Assembly: GCA_965637545.1 (NCBI GenBank)
Contig: OZ281494.1
Coordinates: forward strand, 16,492,001-16,556,000
Reading direction: 5' to 3'
DNA: 64,000 nucleotides
Source: Phallusia mammillata
Taxonomy: Eukaryota
The notes under the pieces were generated by a model. It made no database searches. It was given only the letters and a program-made list of their open reading frames with translations, and had not been told where the DNA came from. The position numbers and the translations under genes were made by a program. This document shows, piece by piece, positions 49,712 to 61,340 of this stretch (within the stretch, counting starts at the first letter, position 1; each line of letters opens with the position of its first letter).

Positions 49712-52700
49712 TTAGACAGTAAGTATATATCGACCAGCCACATTTGCCCTATGCTGGTATTTCGATATTGCGTTGAAAAAGAACAGTCTTTTTGCAACTG
49801 GGTGTTGGTAACGGTTCAATCTTTCGTTCGAGCCGACCACGCCAAAGCCACGCACAAGATCCAGTCGAATGTTTTTGTCGCGCTTTTGTGTAATACACAC
49901 AGTTCCGACTTACAAAGATTTTGTGAACAAGTTCATTTAGTCAGGATTTCGGATGAAGATTATCACTGGTGCGAAGTTGGTTGGTCCAATGAAGCGTTGG
50001 TCCAATGAAGTTGGTCCAATGAAGGGAAGTTGGTGTAAATATATTTTGGCATTTAAAAACTGTGTAAATCAAAATCTAGATCAGTGGTCGGCAACCGCCG
50101 GTACCGCTCCGCGAGGAGTTCGTTACCGGTCCGTATAATTTTTCAGGTTAAATGCTTTAAAACATTTTTCCTATGTATCCCGGAGATGATAAACTAATTT
50201 AGGCGTTTTTGTTGCTAAATATTTGTAGTTTTTTGAAGACCGGTCCGCAAAAAAAATCACTTTCAAAAACGGTCCTCAGTGCAAAAAAGGTTGCCGACCC
50301 CTGATCTAGATGATTAAAGGAAATCAGAAATGATGCAATATTGTTGAGCAAGCACTTAGTAAATCAGAAAGCTTAGCTCGCTTCGTGTGGCAAAAACAAA
50401 ACTGCATTTGTTTTTCATAATGAGCAATGTTACAACAAACGTTTAAAAATGGAAACTTGTAGGCGCAACATAGAGCAGCAATTTTAGGCAGGTGTTGGAA
50501 CCACGCTTGCAGCAACAAAAACCTCTACGTAACAAGTTTTTTAAAATTGTCAAAGTTCAACGGAATGCAGCATCAAGCTGATGGCTTAAAAAGTGCAAAA
50601 AGTAATATACAACAGGAAGCAACAAAACGATGAACTGGCAGCAACTCAGGTACAAGAAAATAAAAATATTGAAGACAATGTATTTCTCATCGATAGTGAA
50701 GCCCCTTAAAAATTTTCTGTGTCAAATATTTGTAGAAGGGAACTGTGAGCAATTTTTTCAGAACTGACTCTTGATACTCGGCGAACCGAGTAGGTTTTGC
50801 CAGGACTTCAAATAAAACATTGCGCGAACGGGCGTCCTAAAAAAATAAACGTTTTAAAATTGATGTGTGGCTTTTTGTATTTTAGGCCTACACCTATTTT
50901 TTTATTGTATAATGGGGCCACAATTCGTTCAAAATTTACATGCAATGACAGCTTATATGCTTTTAGGTAGACTTTCAGTGAGTTGCATGGGCGCCGGCAC
51001 GTAGGGGCAAGAGGGGGCACTTGCCCCCCTTGGAATTTCAAAGTACCGCAAAATTACAATATTTTCTCGAAAAACGTGATGACTGAAAAACGATAGTGCT
51101 CTAAGAAAGGAAGTTAGAATAGTCAAAGCAAATGTGCAAACAAGCGACTTTAACGATATCTGCATTGTTTACGTATCTGGTGTTGTTTCCATAGCCTCTG
51201 CCGTTTTTATGCATTTTAAACGGACAAAATGGGTCATAGTTGCGTTTCTGTGCGGGGAATTTCATCGTTTACGCAAATCTACTGCATATATTTTGTGCCA
51301 TGTGTACATAATTACTTGATATAGTAATCTATCCCTGCAGGTGTGTATTTGTCAAAAATCGACCCCCCCCTGGAAAAATTTCTGCCGGCGCCCATGGTGG
51401 ATTGTACTTTATTTTGCATGCTTTGACAAATACGAAAAATTCTTGTCACAACAAAGTAGTTGTGGCTTGAATCAGCCCTGCGCTCTTTCGGCCAAAATCG
51501 TTTTTTATTTAATTTACACAACTTCAAGCTTAAGGACTGCAAGGTGGTTACAATTTTCCTTGTCATTGTTTTTCTTTTGTCACCAACCTGTAAAACGTGT
51601 TGGTAATAGTTGTCAGCCAAAAGTCTAGAATCGCCAATGATGAATTTAATAAGTTTATCGTAGGATGCTGTAAAGCAATAAAACCGTTATTATTATAACG
51701 TTTGTTCGTCATCACATGTCATACTTACAATCATATACGACATAATGCATTTGGAAGCCCTTGGCCGCGGAGTAGCTGTCTGACTGGAACTCGACGATTA
51801 GTTTTGATATGGAGCTGGTGGCGTAGATTAGTGGCTTTTGCACAGAACGACACGTGCGAAGTAGATAGATTTCACCTACAGGAGAAAAATAAGATCAAGC
51901 TTTAGCAAACGCTGAAGAAAATAAATTATTCATCTTCACTAAGTTTTATCTTTTTGCTAAGCTACGAACTATTTTACTTTTTTGTTTCCAACTTATAACC
52001 AATTAATGGCCTAAAATTAAATTAGAACAGGAGTAAAACTAGATAGCTCAGACCAGGAATTCTAAAGCTTTTCTGTCTTGTTCGCCCCTTTCTCGCATAT
52101 AAAGATAAATTGCCGTGCCACAGTGATACAATTCGGACTAGATCATGTGATCATGCTTTCTCATGTCAACCAGCAATGCATGTCAAACTAAGCCCTTTTG
52201 GAATAGATTTCCTCTAGGCTGCGAATCTCTAGTTTAGACTAGAATTAACTAAGTTGAAAACATTACACAATGGCTAAAAATGCACGACGTTATAGCCAAT
52301 TAGTTGCTGGTGGTCCGCCAACTTAGCTATAGCTACATAGAATGTCTATGGTTGGAAGCCAATTCATTCACATCTTTATCCACTGCTGTTCAGAATGGAA
52401 GATTGCGTAGAATAAATAATAATACTTACGTTCTTTTCTTGTCTTAACACGGATACAGTCACGTGAGTCGTCTGGGAGAGAGATTTCGGGAATAAAGACA
52501 AGCACACTTTTCTTGTGAGAAAGTCGAACCACCCAACGACAGTTGCTGTTTCCCGTATAATTTCCAGGGTAGTTTGGAGTCTCAATCATTCCACCATAAT
52601 TCGTTCGCGCTTGTCCGCATCTTTGTTCTGTGCACATTAAATACTGATGAATTAGATATATATAGTAACAAACAATTACAAAGTGTATTAAAAAGTAGCC

Positions 52701-55700
52701 AGTACATTCGGAAATCGTTTTAGATGTACCACAAAAATTCAAGGAAGATATTTTACACATGTGTTGCTTTAAAGTTGAAAAAACATTGCTCCTGATAGCC
52801 GATATATTTTTTCGTTCTTTATTATTTTGTACATATGAAAATCCTGATATTTGTATGTGTGTTATAGGGGTCCAAAAATGTTTTACACTATAGTACATTT
52901 GTTCTTGATATAGTCATCCTAACTAAACTTTGATCCAAAATCATAAAAAAATCCATGCACAAAACAAAATACTGACTTGTATCTTTTTGCTCAAACTCTT
53001 TAAAGCTTATTTCTAGACCTAATGTTTATAGGTGTACTATTTTTGTAGATTCATGACAAAAGTTACCTTTGCACTCGTGAAGGGACTGAGCGGCGTCAAA
53101 GTCAGTGGTGGTGTTTCCAGGACAGGCAAGACAATTCCTGTTACCTCCCTCCGGTTGATAAAAACCTTTCGCACACCTTTCGCAGTAATCTCTAGTTGTA
53201 TCATAGTAATGACCTGATGACAAACGAATGTTACCGATGTAGCTGTGGGTGCTTGTTTACCTTTACAAGATCAAACTTTATACACGACAAATGCTATCAC
53301 CCTTTTGCTCGCACGGAATTTTTTACAAAATTTCGAAAAAACACACACAAAACAAAGACCTTGTTAAACCTGGAAGGCTTTTATCGATTTAGTACGTACT
53401 TTGATAGCAGGCTAACAAACATAGGAGGCTTCATTTATATTTCAATGGCACTTGTTGCACACAGTTTTGAGTGATCAAAATATTACGGCCCGTGTTTTTT
53501 TGTGTGGTTGTCCACCAACTTACTAACGGAACATAACGTACCTGTACTGCAGCTTCCTGCTGTGCATTGATCAAAACTCGTCCAACCGACACCTGTGGCA
53601 CTGACAGAGCTCCCACACTCAATACACGATGTCCTTCCCCTCTCGGGCTGATAAGTTCCAGAGGGACAAGGATAACATGGCAACAGACCATCGGTGGATA
53701 CGTGACCGGGTGGACATATTCCTGCAGGTTAGAATGAAACTTTTTTATATTTGTACTAACAACGTAGCATCACAATTCAATGCGCAAACAAAATAGTTGG
53801 GTAAATTATTTTGTCAAAGTCGATCTGTTAAAAGACCTAGAAATTCGTAATGGATTTGTAGTTTGTACCAGTATAAGCAGCAAAAATCTAGATTGGTATA
53901 ATTGACATGCTGTGGTTGGAAAATGTTTCAACGAAATCTTATACATTTTTTTATTTTTACGCATTACAAACATGTCTTTAAATAGCCTACTTGGACACAG
54001 TTTTAGTGTGTTGAGTTTTTTAATATCAACTAAAAATTACAAAGTCTTGGGATAGCGATTGGGGAGACACAGGGTAACAGGGTTAAAGAACAATTTTATT
54101 TGTATTTACACACCACACCTGGACATTGAAGGGGTGATCGGGTGGCAGTATCTCCATCGTCGCTTGAGAGCGGACATGCCTGGCATGTCACCTGACCAGG
54201 TCTACTTTGGTAGCTACCAGTGGAGCATGGAACACAAGTCCCAGATAAAACATTTGCCCGCTGTCCTGGGGGGCACAAATCTGTCAAAGGGGAAAAATGC
54301 AAATTTTGTATTCTGTTTTGGATATTTAGTTTTTGAAATAATACATTTCCTGTCCCAATTAAAGGACCACCAAATATTTGGGAAATGACAAACCGTTAGT
54401 TTGTTTATCGTATTTTTCTAGTTCGTTTATCAACCATGCACAAGTTTTGCAATGAGACTTAAAATGTGCCAGTTTAACCCAACTTTGATTACAGTACAAC
54501 AACCAAATTAGTCACTTTTTGCAATGCAGTTGTCACAAAAAAGCGCCACATTTACTAAAAACACTATACCAAATTATCTGTTATTGATTGAACAAGCTAG
54601 TTTTAACACAACAAACAAACAACACTTACGACATGCTTTGTCTATCTTTTTTTCACCCAGCAAACAACCCAACTTGTTGACTAATCCCCGGGGTGGCTGT
54701 CGAGCACCTGAAAGTTTCTTCACTCTGAGGTTCACCGAAGATGAGGTCATGATTCGAAACAGCTGTCTGGCAGATCTTCGGAAAACTCGAAATGCTTTTT
54801 TGCCCTCTTTCTTGGCCTTGTTGTGAAGGCATTTCTTTCTGCATTTTCCTGAATGACAATTTATTTCCAATCAGTAAGCCCTCGTCAGGCTAAAATAAAA
54901 TAAAACTACAGAGCTTGCTTAAGATTAATTTGCCCCAAGGTAGCGCTGCAGCACAGTTCTTATAAACTTGTTGGCTTGACACACAACTATTTGCATTCGG
55001 CGTTCAAGGTACGCGAGTTGTAAAATCAAGACAAATTCATGGTGCTGCAATTAGTTTTGTAGTTTTGTTACGTTAAATTCAAGAAGAAAATATGTGCAAA
55101 ATATTCAAAAAAATTGGTGTTTAAAGAGTTAAATATGAAGAAAGTCAAATTAACTTACTACGTTTAATAGTAAATAGGAAACTGATTTCCATAGTAACGA
55201 CCGCTTTCGTTCGTCTCTTTTTCTTGATCTTTTTGCACTTGATCACAAAACGAGAGATTTTATAAACTCCAGACCCTGAAAGTTTGATCACAGTGAAAGA
55301 AATACTAATTTAAATGGCAGTTGAGGAATTAACAAACGCAATATTTATTCCGTGGTGAAAATGTTAGTCGTGTATTTTACTTTTGTACCTGTTAAAGACG
55401 GCGGAGATGAACGGTCAAGTTGTAGTTGACAAACCCCCGCTGAAAAACTGTAGGTCTTGGTCACCTCGATAGTGTTTGGGCCTACAAAGGGAATTAAAAA
55501 GACATTTTGATTAGCTAAACACAAACTATACACTCTGTAGCAGATATAAATACTAAAACATTTACAGTGGTTTTCAATGTTAAGCCGGCAATCATGTAGT
55601 TCAAGATGTGAACAGTTTTTGGTCTTCTTTATATTTTTTTGATAATACATTGTATTATCTTAAATTTGGATGTACAGTATAGACTTGGGGATTTTGCTTT

Positions 55701-58700
55701 TTGATAGTCACGCCGACTGTCTAATCTGTGGTCAAATGGTGTTGCTAAAATATGTGACAAATTCGCATAAAACGTTTCGCAGTGCAAAAAAGGCTCCCAA
55801 CCCCTGCCCTAAGTAGCCCCGGCGCTCAAGTCAAAAACCACTCTGTAAAAGACAACAAGTCGAAGCGCACACTAAACGTCAATTTTTTTCGTCCGAAGAA
55901 TTATTGGTGTGTGGTTGATAAAACATGTGAGGTAATTTAAAAACAACTCAAATTAAAACCTCGCCTCATACCTCTGCAAATCGGTAAAGTGTGATTCGTA
56001 ACTGAATTAACTGCGTTGATTGTGGCAAGTGGAAACGCTTTTGTTGTTTGAGCAGATTGTACATCCCTTGCTTGTGGTGACATCGAGTCGCAGGAATACA
56101 TATAACTGGGATTTGTTGGGTTATAAGCTCGAAAGAAGCTGACACCACTGCAAGCCAGATAGCAGTTCTTTCCTTGACACCGAAGAACACCATTCGGCCT
56201 GTTTGGGCCTCGAAGTGTTGAACATCTGTTTATGTCTGGTACAGAGAAATTTTTTATCGTTCAATGTTGAAAATGATCAAAGTTAAGTTTACGTTTAGGT
56301 AAAAAATGTTGATCCGTTTTTGTGATTAAACGGCTGCAAATAATGGTGTTTTTCTGAAAAGGTCTGAAAAAGTTTAAACAATGCTGTCTAGGAATATATT
56401 TCAACATTTTTTACTCACGAATACAGTCCTTTTGATTCCAGGCAAGTTTGAAATCTTTCTTGCAGAAACACTCATATCCTCCAGGTCTGTTTTTGCAGTA
56501 TTGAGCGCAACCACCGTTGTTGCTTGAACATTCATCAATATCTGGATTGGATAACTCATGAAAAATTCAAAGCTATCTATAGACAATATTTTTTCTCAAA
56601 CGATGCTTTTCAAAACGAAAAAGAAAGGTCTAGTTTTAAATCAATCTTTATGAAATCAACTTTTAATTGCAAATGTGCGCATTAAGCAATGTGAAAAGAT
56701 TCGAAAGACAGCCACGTAAAGGAGCATGAATCTTTGGCTTCCTCGTCAGACCAGACTTTTGTAACAGTGTCACTATACAAACAGTATTTTACAGGCACTG
56801 GCACCACTTGTCAAAGTGTGGTAATGGCGGTGATTACCAAACATCCGTTTAAGAAATACTGCCAAAGTAAATGTTGTCTTTCGTACAGTCTGTAAAAAAC
56901 CTCACCTCCACATCGCTTAGTGGCGTATTTTTGATAACCGTCCGGGCATGAACATTCGTAACTTCCCGGTAGATTCGTACATTTGTACCAGCAAGTGTTG
57001 TTGTATTCACACTCATCTATGTCTGTGCAAATACATCAGAAAAATAACAAAAAATGCGTCGAAAATGCAAATTTTACTTTTATGAGTTTGATTAGTTTGA
57101 CCTTTTTAAGTAGCCTATTATAAGTCGCAACAAATTTTATCCTAAGACTAAAATCTAGAAAATTGTTTCATTGCTCAATTGCTTTCATACAGCGAATAAA
57201 GTTATGATCTAAGATTCAGACACAAACCATTCAGAAGATGCAGCCCAACGACGAGTCGAATTTTGTAGGTTATATTCGTAAACTTACCAACGCACGACCT
57301 TTGGTCACTTGCTAGCCGGTAACCGTCAGGACAAACGCATTTGTAACTTCCATAGTTATTAAGACAACCGTATTCACAGCTTCCGTTGTTTTCCTGACAT
57401 TCATCGTAGTCTAAAAAAGTATATAAGTACAGCAATCCAGTATCAAAAAAACAAAACATTTGTCGAATGTTAAATGTACCGAGGCAATTTCGTCGGTTTG
57501 GCGCTAACACGTATCTTCCAGTCTCATGGGGACAGGAACACTGAACTCCAATCGGCGTCACTTCACAAGTTGCCAGCGTACAATTGAATTCCCGGCAGTC
57601 AGGGGCTAAAAGAAAACAAAGGTAAATTATGACTGATATGATTAAGTAAAAATGAGGTTTAAATAATAGGGCTTTTGTGCTAGTCGTCATTTCCTAAATT
57701 TTACCCAAAAATTTAAAGTCGTGAAACTTTTTGTTCACAACCAGACGAGATTCCTTCATTTTAATGTCCCTTGCAATTATCTGTCTACAAGCCAAGCCCA
57801 GTGTTAAAAATCCTGCTACATGAAAACTAACACGCTTCTACAAACAAGAAGCTCTGTGTCTTGCCAGGTGCACTGGAGCTTTAAATCTTTTCTACTTGAC
57901 GGTCGATGTCGGGACGGGGACACAACGGCGACATGAGGTCAAACTTTCGACGGATTTAGAAGCAGGACGCATCAATTACAACAAGAAGAGTCGTATCTGC
58001 TGGCGACATGCGGTTCGCCGTCTCCTTATTTTGCGGATTTCTATTGACAAGTTGTAATTACGGGATTATACCTGGTTCGCATTGTTTTCCGTTTGGATGG
58101 AGAAAATAGCCGCCCCGGCATGCGCAGAATGTGTTGCCGGAAAAGTGGTGGCAGATGTGTTGGCATCCGCCGTTGCCGTTTGTACACAATCCTGCAAAAG
58201 GTGAAACAGGTGTTAATCATGACGTTCAAGGTCAAGTAAGCCTGTCTGGTTTAATCTTCGACGTTGTTGGCTAAAGAAACAAATAATTTCGATTCAAAAC
58301 TTAAAATGGCCATTTTAATAGGTTTAATGTACCATACATCAGATAAAAGCCACATATTACAAGACAACCTCTTCGTTGTGCGCGCTTTTAAATTAAATGT
58401 TTAAAAATGCCACGAATACGGCTGCTAAGGTCGTAACCCTACATAGGAATGCCAAAACCGTCCGAATTCCACCCAATCCCGGCTCCGATTATTCATTAAA
58501 TCCCTGACAAAGTCTCCGATTTCGCGGCTTGCCACTTTGTCGGTCAACAAGGTAATTAGCACGAGAATCGCGCGGCCGCGGCTATCCGCTCTTGTGTCTC
58601 GAGTTGCAACATTACACCTCATCAAATCATCCACATCGATCCCGGGGAAAGGGAACCTAAGTCACGCGAAGAAAGTTAAAAGACTCGCGCCCTGCATGGA

Positions 58701-61340
58701 TCGATCAATACGACCTTTGGCAAAGGATTTGACATGAAAGATCGCTCGCTTATTGGTGCTGCTGGATTTTCGGTTGCGTGTTTTGCGCTTGCTGCATTTT
58801 GGAAGCGATGCGATTTGGCGTAAAATTACACAATTTTTCTGTTTGCGACACAAACAGTTTGACACTAATAGCGATTTGCCTCGGCGTGACTGAGTATCAA
58901 CTTGCGTTTGTTTGTCGTGTTTCGGTAATAAAGCCGCAAGTTCAACATGAAACTTGGAACTTAAAATGTCAGGACGCAAAACAAATAAATGCTTCTCTGA
59001 ACTTAAAACGTACAGCATGACTGTTTGCTGTAAATGAGCCCTAAAACTTGCGCTTGTAAGTTTAATGACTAACATGCGGTTTGTTTGAAAGACCGATGCA
59101 CTATGTGCCAGACACAGTACGTTTCGAAGATAGAGCGTTTCAATTTGTCCATCCGGATATAACTTGAAACTCGTTAAACCGTTGGCTATGCTCTAACATA
59201 CTACATAAGTTGACAGACAAAAATAGAACTATGTTTTGAAAACATGGTTCGAAATAATTGGAAATCAAACATAGAAGATCGTGATCTAAAAACCAGGCAC
59301 TTCAGGCCATCATCAAGATCCAATTTAAAGTCCATCACTCACTTGTGCAATTCCTGCCGTTTGCTTGGAGTATAAAACCGGGACGACATGAACATCGCGG
59401 TCCTTCTGGTGTGGTTTCGTTGCAGAAGTGCTGACAAAATGCGGAATTCCTTTCGCACGCGTTAAGTGGCCCTTAACAAGAAATGAAATCTGTCCAAGTT
59501 GTTTGTTTTGCCACGTTTTCATGACAAAATTGTAATAATCTGTACATCCTGTACGGGATTTTTTTCTGAACATACAAATTCCAATTTGAATAAGGGACCG
59601 ATAAATGCCCAAAAGGGTGAAATATGGGCCTATATTTTTTACAGTTTTTTGGTCGATTCTGCTACAGAAGCACTGTTGCTTCGTAAATACTACAACTAAA
59701 AAAACAAAACTATTGATTAGAGATCGTTGACATCAGACTCAGATGACCAATATTGGAAAAAAAGATCAAAAATATTATTGGCAAATTTCAAAGTGAAACT
59801 ATTTGAAAGGGGGAATCAAGCGTGAGTGAATACAAGTACAGGTTGAACAAACATAATATGCGACGGATCGTTGCATTCTTTTTGTTCCACAGTTTGTTGC
59901 GTATTTCATGTGTGTACGTGGGAGGTTGTCATTTTCGACACACAAAAGCCGAAAATTATCGATACAGTATACCAATCTCAGTTCATTTTTTACAAAGGCC
60001 TGTTGGTCCGGAAAAGAGCCTAAAATGAAATCATCGCGCAAGCAAATGACTACCTACCGCTTCAATGATTTACCCATTTATGATTCTATTGTTGCCATAC
60101 AACAGTCAGGGGCGTCAGAATATCGACTGATCCTTGTCTGACACTGGGATTTAAGCCTCGTCTGGGCCGGGAGACAACATAAGCTTTACCGTATAGAGGG
60201 GCGGATTTTGCTCAAAGGAAAATCGTGCGGAAATTTACGCGGCCAAGTTAGGCAGCAATTACGATGGGCTACAAAATACCGCTACGAATTAGCCGACCGC
60301 GATGCTACAGTGCTGCACAATTTCCTCTCGAGTGTCTTGATCTATGTTGACCGTAGACTGCTTCTAACTGCACAACAAACCCTATGCTTCGGGTTAATTA
60401 GTTTTGGGTTTCAGGTGAGGCGCGTGGTTGATCAAAAGAAATTTTAGTTTTATTTGCCAGAATCTCCCCGGTGTTTGCTCTTCGTTCAACCAAAAGAACT
60501 TGTTACGTGCATTGTTACAAACCTTGTCTCTCGCATTCGGCATTTTAGTTTTTTTTGCAAATGGGTATATAGTATGTCGACCTTTTAGCAGTTTTTTTAG
60601 CGTTTGTGACCAAATATAATCTCATCCGAAAATTAAGACAAATTTATCCAGTACAAGCATTTGTGTTCCATTTAACTAATGCACGAATCAAGTTACCTAA
60701 AATCTACATTAAAATCTGATGGGAATGCTTATGACGCCTTCAACAGGCCTAGCGTGCTGTTATGAAAATCGTCAATAATGGTGGCAATTCCGTTTTGTAA
60801 TTTCCCTATCGCGGCTTTAGATGTCGTTTTTGTTCGAAATGTGATTTATTTTTGATCACGGACTTCTTCTTTTTTTTTACAAATGTTTAACGACGTTAAA
60901 TTTGATTTTTTTTCGGAACAGAAAAAATGTATCGAAACATACCTCTAGGCAAGCACGTTCTGCCATTCGGTTGAAGTTTGTATCCGTTCCTGCATGTGCA
61001 TCGGTGCGTGCCGATCATGTTAATACATTTGTGACTGCATCCGCCGTTCGAAACTTTACATTCGTTCCTGCCTGCGTCAAATTCCTCGTCGTTATAAGGT
61101 TTAGGTTTTTAGTTTTACAGAGCGTTTATTTTGCAAAACAAATCAACCAGCTAATGCATTAATCTTTTTCAAACGTTTACGGCTTAAAACACTTTATAAT
61201 CAATGAAAACTCACTTTTGCAAATCAAGCCGCTTCGAAACGCTATAAACCCTGGATGACAGGAACATCTGGGCGTGGAAGAAGCATTACAGATTTGTGGA
61301 CATCCACCGTTTGTCAAATCCTTGCACTCGTTTCCTTCGA
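49712..61340 (-). CDS. SCUBE: SCUBE-family secreted protein (at least 8 EGF exons, spacer, 3 Cys-rich GCC2/3 repeats, CUB, C-terminal tail); signal-peptide exon not resolved
   Basis: EGF exons near 61.3, 61.0, 59.4, 58.1, 57.5, 57.3, 56.9 and 56.5 kb (e.g. [16 protein letters not shown]...[10 protein letters not shown]). [10 protein letters not shown] repeat at 53.1 kb. [13 protein letters not shown]...VFIPEISLP and [11 protein letters not shown]. Tail [16 protein letters not shown]|RDKN; the terminal exon 49882-49712 is less certain. Confidence 0.9.
49980..50023. repeat. Three copies of GTTGGTCCAATGAA
   Basis: Seen directly at 49980, 49996 and 50010. Confidence 0.85.
50082..50303. mobile_element. 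hAT MITE, same family as 18005-18219, in SCUBE intron
   Basis: TIRs CAGTGGTCGGCAACC / GGTTGCCGACCCCTG; perfect TSD ATCTAGAT; internal sequence aligns with 18005-18219. Confidence 0.9.
50986..51396. mobile_element. hAT (Tip100-like) MITE in SCUBE intron
   Basis: Perfect 14-bp TIR CATGGGCGCCGGCA / TGCCGGCGCCCATG; flanks GTGAGTTG / GTGGATTG (decayed 8-bp TSD); GGGGGCACTTGCCCCCC subterminal hairpin. Confidence 0.75.

Noticed and set aside
58662-59075. 137-aa minus ORF in a SCUBE intron
   Set aside because: No domain features or Cys pattern, and the flanking EGF exons already join in phase without it.
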